A stretch of 44,791 bases of DNA from an uncultured Eubacteriales bacterium (GCA_964607985.1 CAZSMW010000465.1:1-44791); one strand, 5' to 3'; shown: positions 9,859-20,048, numbered from the stretch's first letter. Translations and numbers: made by a program. The notes: generated by a model from the letters alone, not told the origin.

Positions 9859-11115
9859 TTATTTTCCGTTGAACTCTTTGACGGCTTCGAACATGGCGAC
9901 GACGTTTCGGGCCGGAACATTGGCCTGGATGTTGTGGACGGCGTTGAAGATAAAGCCGCCGTCCTTTCCGAAGGTCCCGCACCGCTCGAGGACTTCGGCG
10001 CGGACGTCCCCGGGCGTCCCGAACATCAACGTTTTCTGCGTGTCGACGCCGCCGCCCCAGAAAACGATGTCTTTGCCGTATTTTGACTTGAGCTTTCCCG
10101 CATCCATGCCGGCGGCCGAAACCTGGACGGGGTTGAGGATGTCGAAGCCGGATTCGATGAAAGCGGGAATGAGCGTCTCGACGGCGCCGCAGGAATGCTT
10201 GAAGGTCTTCCAGGGAGTGTTCTCGTGGACCCAAGCGTTGACTTGCTTGTAGTAAGGCATATAGAGCGAACGGAAAGTATCCACCGAGCAGAAGGTGGAT
10301 CTCTGGGTTCCGAAATCCGTTCCGCAGATGAAGACAGCCTGGACCCGGTCGCCGACCCGGGCCTTGATCTTTTCAAGGTTCGACAGGGCGACTTCCGCCT
10401 GCTTTTCAAAGACAGCGTGGATGTACGGTTGCCGGGTCAGAGTTGAGACATACCACTCTTCGATGTCCCGGATGCCCTTCGGATGCTTGAGGAAAGGGGC
10501 CGGGACGAGGGCGATGTCGCCGAAGGCCGTTCCGCCGAAGGTCGCGATGACGCCCCGGCCGGTCGCGTCGGCTTCCCGGGTTGCCCGGTCAAAATAAGAC
10601 AGGTCGGCGTCCGAGATCGGCCCGAACTCCTCGAGGTTAGCCCCGGGGTCGAGCCTGGCCTCGTCGATGGGTTCCTGCCGGACGATGGTGTCGAAAAAGA
10701 AGCCGTCCTTGGGCAGGCGGCCCGAGGGTGGTGCGGACAGGTCTCCCTTGGGATAGATGAGCGTGTCGCCGTTTCGGTCCCGGGTCGTCAGGAAATGCTC
10801 AGAGACCAGGACCTCCGTTCCATTATCCATGCGCCAAGGCTTCCAGTTCTCGTTGCGGAACCCGAAGATGGTTTCCGCGCCGTAAACGCCCTCGAAGTCG
10901 ATCCCCAGCGCCCGCTTCAAGTCCTCGTCGATGAAGCCGAGCATTTGGTAGGGCTCATGGACCTTGACCGGCCTCTTTTCCAGGCCGTAGCGGTCTCGGA
11001 GGGCGATGACGATATCGACGTGCATGCCCGTGACCGCCGTCCCGCCGAAATCCACGGGGACCGCGTCAGGCTCCTTGTGGTTAAGCGCCGCCAAAACCCG
11101 TTCCTTGCCGGTCAT
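9859..11115 (-). CDS. uroporphyrinogen decarboxylase (URO-D)/MtaA-like family protein
   Basis: 418 aa. The N-terminus MTGKERVLAALNHKEPDAVPVDFGGT and the overall layout resemble URO-D-family proteins seen in catabolic clusters. ATGA overlap with the stop of the upstream permease. Confidence 0.6.
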   Translation of the reverse strand: MTGKERVLAALNHKEPDAVPVDFGGTAVTGMHVDIVIALRDRYGLEKRPVKVHEPYQMLGFIDEDLKRALGIDFEGVYGAETIFGFRNENWKPWRMDNGTEVLVSEHFLTTRDRNGDTLIYPKGDLSAPPSGRLPKDGFFFDTIVRQEPIDEARLDPGANLEEFGPISDADLSYFDRATREADATGRGVIATFGGTAFGDIALVPAPFLKHPKGIRDIEEWYVSTLTRQPYIHAVFEKQAEVALSNLEKIKARVGDRVQAVFICGTDFGTQRSTFCSVDTFRSLYMPYYKQVNAWVHENTPWKTFKHSCGAVETLIPAFIESGFDILNPVQVSAAGMDAGKLKSKYGKDIVFWGGGVDTQKTLMFGTPGDVRAEVLERCGTFGKDGGFIFNAVHNIQANVPARNVVAMFEAVKEFNGK

Positions 11116-12428
11116 GTCACCCGCCGCATGAGCCGGAAAATGGGATAACCCGAGGCGAAGAAGACCAGGCCGACCAGGGCCTCACGCGTCTGGGTCAGGA
11201 ACACGTTCACGGAGATGCCGAGCAGGAACAGGACGAAGACGGCCGGAACGACCGGATAGAGAGGCACGCGGTAGCCCGAATATGCCTCGCCTGTGCGCGC
11301 GGCTTTTCTCCTCAGGACGAAGAGGGTCGAGGCCACCAGGGCGATGTTGAGGCTGTCGAGAAACATGACATAGTTGACGATGGACTCGAAGGTCCCCAGA
11401 AAGAAGATCGAAAAGATGATCATCCCGCCCAGAAAAAGAAGCCCGAACTCCTGGGTCTGCGTCTTCGGGTTGACCTGCTTGAAGGGCTTGGGCAGGGTCC
11501 GGTCCTCCGCCATGGCGTAATAGGCGCGAGGCATCTGCATGAGGGTGACGTTGAGAAAACCCAGCGCGGACAGGCCGATGGCCAGGGAAACGAACAGCCG
11601 GCCGAAGGTCCCGAATGAGACGCGAGCGGTCTCTGCGGCCACGAGCTTCGCCTCGGCGACGCCCGGGAGGCCGAGGGCCTTCACGTAGGCCGCGTTGACG
11701 AGGAGGTAACAGACGATGATGATGAGGACGCCGGTAACGATGGCCCGGGGCATGTTCCGACGGGTGTCCTTGACATCGGCGCCGAAGTTGATGGTCGAAT
11801 GATAACCTCCGTAGGTGTAAAAAACGGAGATGAAACCGATGGCCAGGCCGACCCACCAAGGCTTCACAAGCGGCAGCGAAGAGCTCCCGGCGGGCGCGCT
11901 TTTGAAGGCGAAGGCTGCGGCCGCCAGCAGGGCGATCATTCCGATCTTGAGCAGGCTCAGGACGTTCTGGGCCCAGGCGCCGATCCGGATACCCAGGAAG
12001 TTAACGACGATCAGGCTGATGGTCAAGCCGGCCGCGGCGAGCTGCACGGCTAGGCGTGTTTGGGCACCGGCCGGTAGAAGGATAGGCGTCAGGTACTCAG
12101 CGCCGATGATGGCCACGGCCGCAACCCCGGCGCCGTTGACGATGACGACGTTGGTCCAATTGAGCATAAAGGCCGGGACGGAGCCGTAGTTCTCGGCGGC
12201 GGCTTTGTAGAAGGCCCCGGGCTTGGCGACCCGCGCCCCGACCTCGGCGAAGGTGAGGGCGCCGAGGAGGCTGATGAGTCCGCCGAGGCCCCAGGCCAGG
12301 AAGAAGAGGAACGGCGTCCGGGCGGCCGAAGCGACCATGGCCGGCGTCCGGAAGATGCCGATGCCGATGACAAGGCTCACCACGATCATGGTGGCGTCAA
12401 ACGTGTTGAGTTTAGGCTTTATGGCCAT
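11112..12428 (-). CDS. APC-superfamily amino acid permease
   Basis: ORF 11112..12458. Start preferred at ATG 12428 (MAIKPKLNTFDATMIVVSLVIGIGIFRTP...). About 12 hydrophobic segments. GIGIF and FAEVG blocks are typical of APC permeases. Confidence 0.8.
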   Translation of the reverse strand: MAIKPKLNTFDATMIVVSLVIGIGIFRTPAMVASAARTPFLFFLAWGLGGLISLLGALTFAEVGARVAKPGAFYKAAAENYGSVPAFMLNWTNVVIVNGAGVAAVAIIGAEYLTPILLPAGAQTRLAVQLAAAGLTISLIVVNFLGIRIGAWAQNVLSLLKIGMIALLAAAAFAFKSAPAGSSSLPLVKPWWVGLAIGFISVFYTYGGYHSTINFGADVKDTRRNMPRAIVTGVLIIIVCYLLVNAAYVKALGLPGVAEAKLVAAETARVSFGTFGRLFVSLAIGLSALGFLNVTLMQMPRAYYAMAEDRTLPKPFKQVNPKTQTQEFGLLFLGGMIIFSIFFLGTFESIVNYVMFLDSLNIALVASTLFVLRRKAARTGEAYSGYRVPLYPVVPAVFVLFLLGISVNVFLTQTREALVGLVFFASGYPIFRLMRRVT

Positions 12429-13605
12429 TGCACCACAGCGCGTTGACGGCCTTTTCAATGCGCTCGAGGGCTTCCCGGAGAGTCGAACGCGGGCAGGCCA
12501 GGTTCATCCGCTCGAAGCCCCGGAGTTCCTCCCCGAAGATCGTTCCTTCATCGAAGAGAACCCCGGCCTTCCTCAGGAAGAAATCGTCGAGGGCCTCCTG
12601 ATTCATCCCCAGGATACGGCAGTCGAGCAGGGCCAGATATGTTCCCTCGGGCCTCAGAAATCTGATCTTAGGGACCCGGGTTTCGAAGAATGCGGCCGCG
12701 AGGTCGATGTTCGCTTCAAGATAGGGAAGGAGTTGGTCCAGCCACTCCGCGCCTTGCGTGTAGGCCGCCTCGAGGGCGACGATGCCGAAAGTGTTTCCGA
12801 AGGTGAGTCCGGATTTCTCCGCCTGCGTATCGAAGAGGCCGAGGAGCTTCGGGTTGGAGGCGATGACGACCGAGGTCGAGAGCCCGGCGACGTTGAACGT
12901 CTTGCTCGGGGCAAGGCAAGTTATGGTCCGTTCGGCCAGTTCCGGGGAAACCGAGGCCGCGGGCACGTGCTTGTGTCCGTTGAAAACGAGGTCGCCGTGG
13001 ATCTCGTCCGAGATGACTAGGAGGTCTTTCCGGACGCAGATCCTGCCCAGCCTCTCGATCTCTTCCTTAGTCCAGACACGGCCGACGGGATTGTGCGGGC
13101 TGCAGAGGATGAGCATCCGGGTCCGGCCGTCGATCCGCTTCTCCAGGTCCTTGGTGTCCATGAGATAGCGGCCGTTCTCGACTATGAGCGGATTGCGGAT
13201 GATGCGCCTTCCGTTGTTCTCCACTGCCGAGAAGAAGGGATGATAAACGGGCGTCTGGATGACCACCTTATCGCCGGGACGGCTGAAAGCCTGGACGCAG
13301 AGGTTGAGGGCCGGAACGACGCCGGGGGACTTGGAGAGCCATTCCCGCCGGACATCCCAGCCGTGGCGGGCCTTCATCCAGCGGATAATGGATTCCCAAT
13401 AGGACGCCGGGGCCAACGTGTAACCGTAGGCCGGGTGTTCGGCACGCTTTTTTAGGGCCTCGACGATCGGTTGGGGGGCGGGGAGGTCCATGTCAGCCAC
13501 CCACATGGGGATGATGTCCTTCAGCCCATATTCGAGCTCGCAGAAATCGCACTTCAGGGAATCCGTGTTCCTCCTGTCCAGATAGGCGTCGAAATCGTAT
13601 CTCAA
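12412..13605 (-). CDS. PLP-dependent C-S lyase / aminotransferase, PatB/MalY family
   Basis: 397 aa with a TTG start 1 nt after the upstream stop. RYDFDAYLDRRNTDSLKCD...IPMWVADMDLPAP...YGY...NPVGRVW...SDEIHGDLV...SKTFNVAGL is the PatB/MalY pattern, including the PLP-lysine context SKTFN. Confidence 0.85.
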   Translation of the reverse strand: MRYDFDAYLDRRNTDSLKCDFCELEYGLKDIIPMWVADMDLPAPQPIVEALKKRAEHPAYGYTLAPASYWESIIRWMKARHGWDVRREWLSKSPGVVPALNLCVQAFSRPGDKVVIQTPVYHPFFSAVENNGRRIIRNPLIVENGRYLMDTKDLEKRIDGRTRMLILCSPHNPVGRVWTKEEIERLGRICVRKDLLVISDEIHGDLVFNGHKHVPAASVSPELAERTITCLAPSKTFNVAGLSTSVVIASNPKLLGLFDTQAEKSGLTFGNTFGIVALEAAYTQGAEWLDQLLPYLEANIDLAAAFFETRVPKIRFLRPEGTYLALLDCRILGMNQEALDDFFLRKAGVLFDEGTIFGEELRGFERMNLACPRSTLREALERIEKAVNALWCNGHKA

Positions 13606-13606
13606 T

Positions 13607-14554
13607 TTAAATCATGAACTTCCCGTTCTGCGCGATGATTCTCCCCTTGGCCCGGATCGTCACCTTGTCCACGAGGGCGTCGTAGTGGTGCTTGCTCTTG
13701 TTCTTCCCGATGCCGTAGGAGTCGCCGATGGCGAAGTGGACGGTGCCGAAGGCCTTCTCGGCCTCGAGCATGTTGGGGCAGATCCTGGCGCCCTTGTTCG
13801 TGCCGACGCCGAACTCGCCGACGACGAAGCCCGTTTCATCCGTCCCGATGTTCTTGACGATGGCCTCGATGCCCTTGCCCTTCCACCGGACGAGGCGGCC
13901 CTGCTTGAATTCCATCTCGCCTCGGCCGAGCTTATCGTCGATGAGGCTGATGACGAGTTTCCCCGTGAACGTCTCTTCTACGGGGCATGTGTAACACTCT
14001 CCGGCCGGAAGGTTGCCGTGCTTGCCTTTATGCGAAATGTTGCCGTTGTCGTTGTCCCACTTCCGTCCCTTGACGCTGAATTCAATGCGGGTCCCGGCGG
14101 CGTTCTCGATGATGACGTCATCGGCGTCCTTGAGAGCCCGGACGACCTTTCTGGTGAAAGCGTCCATGTCCTTGAAATCGATGTTGACGAGGCGCTCCAT
14201 CATGTCCCGCGTGATGCCCGGCATCATGCAGATCCGCGAGCGTTTCATCCCCTCGCCGACCATGAAGCTGCGGAACGGCTTCTCCTCGATCCTGGCGTCG
14301 AGCATGTAGACGAAGACCGACGCCCTTTTCGTGAGTTCCTTGAAGAGCTTTGTGGGCCCCGTGATCGGCCGCAAGGTCTCGGTCATAAGGTAGGTTGTCG
14401 TCTCGGCGCCCGCCTTCTTGGCCCAATAGGCCAGGGCTTCGGCGATCTCCATCTTCTGCTTGTCCGTGACGAGCAGGAAATTCTCGCCGGGCCGGATCTT
14501 CAAGGACTGATTGACGGCCCTGTCGGCCGCCTGGAACAATTTGATCATGGCCAT
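13607..14554 (-). CDS. M29-family aminopeptidase (AmpS/PepS-like)
   Basis: 315 aa. LLVTD...AGAE, GNLPAGECYTCP, GVGTN and HFAIGDSYG blocks are typical of thermophilic metalloprotease family M29. Confidence 0.75.
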   Translation of the reverse strand: MAMIKLFQAADRAVNQSLKIRPGENFLLVTDKQKMEIAEALAYWAKKAGAETTTYLMTETLRPITGPTKLFKELTKRASVFVYMLDARIEEKPFRSFMVGEGMKRSRICMMPGITRDMMERLVNIDFKDMDAFTRKVVRALKDADDVIIENAAGTRIEFSVKGRKWDNDNGNISHKGKHGNLPAGECYTCPVEETFTGKLVISLIDDKLGRGEMEFKQGRLVRWKGKGIEAIVKNIGTDETGFVVGEFGVGTNKGARICPNMLEAEKAFGTVHFAIGDSYGIGKNKSKHHYDALVDKVTIRAKGRIIAQNGKFMI

Positions 14555-14611
14555 GATTTTTTCTTTCAGAGATCTATTTATCGGAAAGATTCAAGACTCA
14601 GCCCGGTCCCG

Positions 14612-16537
14612 TCATTCTCCAGAGAACCTGTTCATGACCTCCGTGCTCATTTGCATATAGAGGTCGTAATTGACCTTGACCTTCTTCTCGTCCTTGGCCT
14701 TGACCATGTAAGATTGAAGGAACCTGCTCTTCTGGGACTCCAGGAGCGTCGATCGTTCCGTATCCCTGGCCTTGGCGAACTCTTCTTTCGTGACCAGCTT
14801 GCGGTCCAGGACACGGACGACGGCGTATCCGCTCTCGACCTCGAGGGGACGGCTCGGTTCCTTGATCGGGAGGGAGAAGGCCAGGTTGTCCACTTCCGGG
14901 TTCTCCCCGATGAGGCTCAGGTACTGCTCGCGCTTATGGGCTTCGACGGCCTTGATCTGGAGGCCGTTCTTCTGGGCGGCCTCCTCCCAGTTGTCCTTGA
15001 GCCCGGCCACGACCCCGGCGAGTTTCTCCAGGGACTTTTCCTTCTTCCGGACGTCCAGAATGTCCTTCTCAACGGCGTCCCGGACCTCCTCGAGCTTGGC
15101 CGGTCTCTCGGGTTCGGTCTTCTGGAGCTGGGCGAGGCCGACTCCCGTGTAGGTGTAGATAGGCGCCGAGATCTCCTTATCCTTCAGCGTGAAGAGAGAC
15201 TGGCTGATCGACCCGGAGGGGTCGAAGTCCTCCAGGGCGTCAGCCTGTTTGAGAGGGCCGGTGCTCTTGACCTTGAGCCCTTCCTTCTGGGCGGCCACGT
15301 CCAGGCTCTTTTGCCTGCGGGCTTCCTTTTCGGCCCGGGTTGCCTTGTCCGCGGCCATCTCGCGGGCCTTCTGATCTTCCAGGATGTTCTTGACCGTGAT
15401 CTTGACCTCGGTCAAAGCCCTGGTGATCGCAGCCGTCTTTTCGGTTACCTTGAGGATCGCCGCCCCGGTGTCCGTTTCGATGACATCGCTTGTCTTGCCG
15501 GCGTCCAAATTCCTGGCCTCGTCGGTCTCCTTGGCGGGCAGGGCGGTCCAGGCCGTCAGGCCCCAATCGCCGCCCTCTTTGGCCTTGTCGTCCTTGGAGA
15601 ATTTTCTGGCCAGATCGGCGAAGTCCTCTCCGGCCCGGGCCCTTTTCATCACGTCGGCGGCCTGGGCCAGGACCTGGGGCTTATCCATGTCCGTGTAGGG
15701 GAGGAAGATGCGGCTGACCTTGATCTTTTCCGGTTCCTGGAACTGGCTGAGATTGTCCTTGTAGTACTTTTCGATCTCGGATTCATCGACCTTGACCTGT
15801 TTCTTGAGGTCGTCGGTCCTGAAGAAAAGGTAATCCGCAGTCCTCTTCTCGGGGACTTTGTACGCGGTTTTGTTCTTTTCGAAATGGGCCTGGATCGCGG
15901 CGGCATCCGGCTTGTCGGTCACCTCGATCTTGTCCTTCTCGGCCACCAGATACTCGATCTTGGCCGATTCGTTCTGCTTCTTATAGTTGTCCCAGACCAC
16001 CTCGTCGGAGACCGTGATGCCGGCGGTCAGGAGCTTGACGACCTTGTCGATCAGGATCTCCTTCTTCAGGCTGTCCTCGAAATCGGCGAGGGGGATCCTG
16101 TTCCAATCCAGGACCTGCTTGTATTCCTTGAAGCCGATAAACTTGCCGTCCTTCTGGAAGACGGGGTAGGAGATGATCCTGTCCCGGACCTCAGGATCGG
16201 TGGCGTCGAGCTTCATGTCTTCTGCGATCTGGAGGAGGAGCGCCTGCTCGACCATCTGCTGGAGGACCTGTTGCGGGATGTTGAGCTGCTGGATGAGGGC
16301 CTTGTTCAGCTGGCTGTATTCCTTTTTCATGGCCTCGAGACGCTGTCTCAGGGTCTGAAAATAGGCGTCCGAGGAGATCCGCTTCTTTCCGATCGTCACC
16401 AGGATGTTGCTCCGGTTGGTTTCTCCGAGACGGCCGGCGCCTCCCCAGATGGCGAAAATGGCGATGATGAATGTGGCGATGATGATCCAGAGGGTGGGTT
16501 TCAGGGTCTTGACATTCTTTCTCATCGTTTTTAGCAT
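14612..16537 (-). CDS. ppiD: periplasmic chaperone / peptidyl-prolyl isomerase PpiD-like
   Basis: 641 aa. N-terminal membrane anchor MLKTMRKNVKTLKPTLWIIIATFIIAIFAIWGG, a SurA-N-like region, and a parvulin block FSKDDKAKEGGDWGL. GGTGA lies before the ATG. Confidence 0.8.
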   Translation of the reverse strand: MLKTMRKNVKTLKPTLWIIIATFIIAIFAIWGGAGRLGETNRSNILVTIGKKRISSDAYFQTLRQRLEAMKKEYSQLNKALIQQLNIPQQVLQQMVEQALLLQIAEDMKLDATDPEVRDRIISYPVFQKDGKFIGFKEYKQVLDWNRIPLADFEDSLKKEILIDKVVKLLTAGITVSDEVVWDNYKKQNESAKIEYLVAEKDKIEVTDKPDAAAIQAHFEKNKTAYKVPEKRTADYLFFRTDDLKKQVKVDESEIEKYYKDNLSQFQEPEKIKVSRIFLPYTDMDKPQVLAQAADVMKRARAGEDFADLARKFSKDDKAKEGGDWGLTAWTALPAKETDEARNLDAGKTSDVIETDTGAAILKVTEKTAAITRALTEVKITVKNILEDQKAREMAADKATRAEKEARRQKSLDVAAQKEGLKVKSTGPLKQADALEDFDPSGSISQSLFTLKDKEISAPIYTYTGVGLAQLQKTEPERPAKLEEVRDAVEKDILDVRKKEKSLEKLAGVVAGLKDNWEEAAQKNGLQIKAVEAHKREQYLSLIGENPEVDNLAFSLPIKEPSRPLEVESGYAVVRVLDRKLVTKEEFAKARDTERSTLLESQKSRFLQSYMVKAKDEKKVKVNYDLYMQMSTEVMNRFSGE

Positions 16538-16541
16538 GGTG

Positions 16542-17081
16542 TCACCTCGATTGGGATGGGTCCTCTTCTTTGCGTGTCCGGCGTGCGGTGCGCTTCCGTT
16601 CTTTTTCGAACAGGGGGAAAAGGCGTTCGTACGTCGTGTCCAGATCTTCCGTCAGGACCCTCGTCCGCCCGACCAGCGGCATGAAATTGGAATCTCCCGT
16701 CCAGCGGGGGATGACGTGAAGATGGTAATGGTCGGCGACACCTGCCCCGGCGCTCCGCCCGAGATTCATCCCGGCGTTGAAGCCCTGGGGATGGTAGTGG
16801 GCCCCGAGGACCCTGACGGCCAGCTTCAGCAGGCCGGCCAGCTCCGAAGCCGCGGCCGGGCTTGTCCGGGCGAAATCCGCCGTGTGCCGGAGGGGGGCGA
16901 TCATCAGGTGCCCCGGCGTGTAGGGGAACGTGTTGAGGATGATGAAGTGGTGGGTCCCCCGGTAGAGGATGTAAGCCTCCTTGTCGGCCCCGCGTTTCAG
17001 CGCGCCGCAGAGGACACATCCCTTCGTTTTCAGGGCGTTTTTGACGTACCGTTCTCTCCAGGGGGCCGGGATGTACTGCAT
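16542..17081 (-). CDS. HIT-family (histidine triad) protein
   Basis: ORF 16542..17084. The ATG at 17081 overlaps the ihfB stop (TGATG). Histidine triad HYHLHVIPR. Confidence 0.85.
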   Translation of the reverse strand: MQYIPAPWRERYVKNALKTKGCVLCGALKRGADKEAYILYRGTHHFIILNTFPYTPGHLMIAPLRHTADFARTSPAAASELAGLLKLAVRVLGAHYHPQGFNAGMNLGRSAGAGVADHYHLHVIPRWTGDSNFMPLVGRTRVLTEDLDTTYERLFPLFEKERKRTARRTRKEEDPSQSR

Positions 17082-17356
17082 CACTTGTTGATCAGCTCTT
17101 TAAGCAGCTTGCTCGGCTTGAAGTAGAGGACCTTCTTCGGGGGGACCTTGACCGGCTCACCGGTCCTCGGGTTCCGCCCGGAACGGGATGTCCGCTTGCG
17201 GAAGCGGAAGCTCCCGAAGCCGCGGATCTCGATCTCTTCCCCCTTGAGGATGGCTTCTTTGATCATGTCGAAGAACAGGTTCACCCCCTCTTCGGCTTCC
17301 TGCTTGGGGATGCGCAATTCCTGCGAGATCTTGTTGATAAGATCTGCTTTGATCAT
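17081..17356 (-). CDS. ihfB: integration host factor beta-like protein (HU/IHF family)
   Basis: ORF 17081..17392 trimmed to ATG 17356, with AAGGAGGAAtaacATG upstream. MIKADLINKIS...IEIRGFGSF...GRNPRTGEPV...FKPSK is the HU/IHF fold signature. It lies directly downstream of rpsA, as in the E. coli rpsA-ihfB arrangement. Confidence 0.8.
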   Translation of the reverse strand: MIKADLINKISQELRIPKQEAEEGVNLFFDMIKEAILKGEEIEIRGFGSFRFRKRTSRSGRNPRTGEPVKVPPKKVLYFKPSKLLKELINK

Positions 17357-17357
17357 G

Positions 17358-19094
17358 TTATTCCTCCTTTTTGCTGACTTTTTTAGGAGCATGAAATTGC
17401 TTAAGCTGGTCCTTCATGATATCCCCCAGGGTGTGCCCATGATCCTGGTGGTCCATGTATTTCTGGAACTCCTGGCGCTGGATGTCGAACTGGGCCTGCC
17501 TGAAGCTCAGGGAAATCTTATTGGCCTTCGGATTCATCTTGATGATCTTGGCGTTCCGCTCCTCGCCGACGGTGAAGAAATCCGAAGGTTTCTCGATCTT
17601 CTTTTCGTCGAGCTCGGAAAGGAAAACGACGCCCTCGATGCCGGGGACGATCTCGACGAAGACGCCGAAATCCGTGATCCGGACGATCTTGACCTTGACG
17701 ATGTCGCCCATCTTCTGGCGGGCGAAAAAGTCCTCCCAGATGTCCCCTTCGAGCTGCTTGATGCCCAACGAGACCTTCTGCTTCTCGACGTCGATGTTCA
17801 AGATGACGACCTCGACCTCGTCTCCCACCTTGAGCTTGTCCGAGGGGTGCTTGATCTTCTCCCAGCTGATGTCCGAGATGTGGACGAGTCCTTCGATCCC
17901 CTTCTCGACCTCGACGAAGGCGCCAAAGTCGGTGACGCTCGTCACGGGGCCCTTGACGCGGGAGCCGATGTTGTACTTCTGCTTGAAGACCTCGAGGGGG
18001 TGAGGCATCGCCTGCTTGAGACCCAGGGAGATCCGCTTCGTGACCGGGTTGATCTCGAGGATGGTGACCACGACCTCCTGGCCCGGCGTGAGGACCTTCT
18101 TAGGGTGGATGAGCTTGCGGGACCAGCTCAGGTCTGAAATGTGGACGAGACCTTCGACCCCCTTTTCCATCTCGACGAAGGCGCCGAAATCGGTCAGGCT
18201 GACGACCTTGCCGGTGATTTTCTGTCCGGCCATGTATCTCTGGTCGAGGTCGGCCCATGGGTCCTGGGTCAGCTGCTTGGTCCCAAGGGAGATCTTCTCT
18301 TCCTTTTCATTGAAGTCGAGGATGACGACATCGACCTCCTGCCCGACCTGGAATAGCTCCGCCGGATGGGCCACCTTTCCCCAACTCATGTCGGAGACAT
18401 GGAGGAGGCCCTCCACCCCTCCGATGTCGACGAAGGCCCCGAAGTTGGTCAGGGTCCTGACATGGCCCTTGATCTTTTGTCCCTGGACTATGTGGCTGAA
18501 GACGCGGTGGCGCTTTTTATCGCGCTCGTCCTGGAGGAAGAGCCTGCGGGAGACGACCGCGTTCTCGCTCTTCCGGTCGAACTTCATGACCTTGAACTTG
18601 AAGCTTTGCCCGACGAGAGCGCCGGGGTCCCTGATGGTCTTGATGTCGGCGTGGGATTCGGGCAGGAAAGCCTCGATCCCCACGTCCACGGTATAACCGC
18701 CCTTCGACCTTTCCTTGATGATGCCTGTGACCCAGCCGTTGCGTTCGAGGGCTTTTTCCAAGTTGTTCAGGGCCCGGATCTCGTCTGCCCTTTTCTTGGA
18801 CAGGATGAAATATCCGTCCTTAGGGTCGGTCCTCTCCAGTGTGGCTTCCACCTCGCCTCCCGGCTTCAGCTCGGCGATCTCGGGCTCGCGGAAATCCTCC
18901 ATGGGGATGACACCTTCGGTCTTCAGCCCGATATCCACGAGGACATGGGTCGGGGTTATTTTCATGATCCGGCCTTTGACGACCGTGCCCTGGGTGATCT
19001 CCTTGGTGCTGAACTGGTAGTGGTCCAGAAGATCCTCATAGGCCTCGGACGACATCTTTTCGTCTTTTTCAGGATGCTTGTTTACGTCTGTCAT
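17358..19094 (-). CDS. rpsA: 30S ribosomal protein S1
   Basis: 578 aa with six repeated S1 domains (G.VV.G.V..I..FGAFV.I.G.EGL.HISD..W motif recurs). Confidence 0.95.
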   Translation of the reverse strand: MTDVNKHPEKDEKMSSEAYEDLLDHYQFSTKEITQGTVVKGRIMKITPTHVLVDIGLKTEGVIPMEDFREPEIAELKPGGEVEATLERTDPKDGYFILSKKRADEIRALNNLEKALERNGWVTGIIKERSKGGYTVDVGIEAFLPESHADIKTIRDPGALVGQSFKFKVMKFDRKSENAVVSRRLFLQDERDKKRHRVFSHIVQGQKIKGHVRTLTNFGAFVDIGGVEGLLHVSDMSWGKVAHPAELFQVGQEVDVVILDFNEKEEKISLGTKQLTQDPWADLDQRYMAGQKITGKVVSLTDFGAFVEMEKGVEGLVHISDLSWSRKLIHPKKVLTPGQEVVVTILEINPVTKRISLGLKQAMPHPLEVFKQKYNIGSRVKGPVTSVTDFGAFVEVEKGIEGLVHISDISWEKIKHPSDKLKVGDEVEVVILNIDVEKQKVSLGIKQLEGDIWEDFFARQKMGDIVKVKIVRITDFGVFVEIVPGIEGVVFLSELDEKKIEKPSDFFTVGEERNAKIIKMNPKANKISLSFRQAQFDIQRQEFQKYMDHQDHGHTLGDIMKDQLKQFHAPKKVSKKEE

Positions 19095-19117
19095 GGAACA
19101 CTCTTCTCCCTATGAAT

Positions 19118-19960
19118 TTATTGTTCGAAGTCGGTCTTGATCCTCGCGGCAGCTTCTTGAAGGGCCTCGGGGGGGGTGGATGCCCCTCCCGAGATCCCGA
19201 TCGTCCTCGCTCCCCGGAGCATTTTCGGTGTGATCTCGTCTGCGGTCTCGATGAAAAACGTCCGGGGCAGGATCCGCTTCGAGATCCGATAGAGCTTGCG
19301 GGTGTTGGAGCTCGCCCGGCCGCCGACGATGAACAGGGTGTCCACCCGGGACGCGAGCTCGGAGGTCGATGTCTGCCGGGTCCGGGTGGATCGGCAGATC
19401 GTGTTGTGGACGGAAAGCTCGTCCGTCCGATCGACCAGGGCGGCGATGATCCTTTCAAAGAGCTCGATGTCCAAGGTCGATTGGGCCACCACGGCCCGCG
19501 TCTTTCGGCGGGGGAGCTCCCTGGCTTGGGCCTCGTTCTCCACGATGATCCCCCTGGAGCGGCTGTGGCCGATGAGCCCCCGGATCTCGGGGTGTTCCCT
19601 GTCGCCGACGATGATGATCTCCATGTTCTTCCGAGTCAGGGATTCGATGAGCTTCTGGATCTCCTTGACGATGGGGCAGGTCGCGTCCACGATCTCAAGG
19701 TTCTTCCGGGCCAGGGCCCTGTAAATCGCGGGGGAGACACCGTGGCTGCGGATGATGACCGTTCCTTCCTTGATGTCCCGGGCGGTCTCCGCAGAGCTGA
19801 CGCCGCGGTTTCGAAGGTCGGCGACGACGCGGGGGTTGTGGATGAGGTCCCCCAGCGTCGAGACCGGTCCGATGACCGCGCGCCGCGTACGTCTGGCAAT
19901 GTTCAAGGCTCTCTTGACTCCATAACAGAGTCCGGTGTTCTCGGCAATGATGATTTCCAT
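19118..19960 (-). CDS. ispH: 4-hydroxy-3-methylbut-2-enyl diphosphate reductase
   Basis: ORF 19118..19966 has a TTG at 19966. ATG 19960 is preferred (MEIIIAENTGLCYGVKRAL...). Conserved blocks are G.LIHNP, ATCP.V.K and GG..SSNT. Confidence 0.9.
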   Translation of the reverse strand: MEIIIAENTGLCYGVKRALNIARRTRRAVIGPVSTLGDLIHNPRVVADLRNRGVSSAETARDIKEGTVIIRSHGVSPAIYRALARKNLEIVDATCPIVKEIQKLIESLTRKNMEIIIVGDREHPEIRGLIGHSRSRGIIVENEAQARELPRRKTRAVVAQSTLDIELFERIIAALVDRTDELSVHNTICRSTRTRQTSTSELASRVDTLFIVGGRASSNTRKLYRISKRILPRTFFIETADEITPKMLRGARTIGISGGASTPPEALQEAAARIKTDFEQ

Positions 19961-19987
19961 TCTCAAGCGAAATCAGAATAGGGGTTT

Positions 19988-20016
19988 ATCCTATACGAGA
20001 CCGGTCGCTTTGTCAA
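19988..20016 (-). promoter_or_regulatory. sigma70-type promoter TTGACA-17-TAGGAT upstream of ispH
   Basis: On the minus strand, TTGACA is at 20016..20011, followed by a 17-nt spacer and TAGGAT at 19993..19988. About 28 nt before the ispH ATG. Confidence 0.45.
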
Positions 20017-20048
20017 CTCTAAGTGTAGGTGAAACCTGAACTTAGCGG

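Noticed and set aside
8504-10234. 576-aa ORF-track entry read as one large gene.
   Set aside because: Only its C-terminal two thirds match an MFS sugar porter. The N-terminal extension is R/P-rich nonsense that overlaps the URO-D-family gene. The true N-terminus lies in another frame (9424..9837), so the locus is called a frameshifted transporter instead.
13685-16534. 949-aa plus-strand ORF, the longest in this part of the window.
   Set aside because: It runs antisense to two well-supported genes (the M29 aminopeptidase and ppiD). Its translation is low-complexity and rich in D, L, G and E, and has no recognisable motifs. It is a typical stop-free antisense frame of GC-rich, K/E-rich coding DNA. 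The same reasoning applies to 40296..41831, 31477..32799, 5463..6533, 17148..18137 and 18366..19115.
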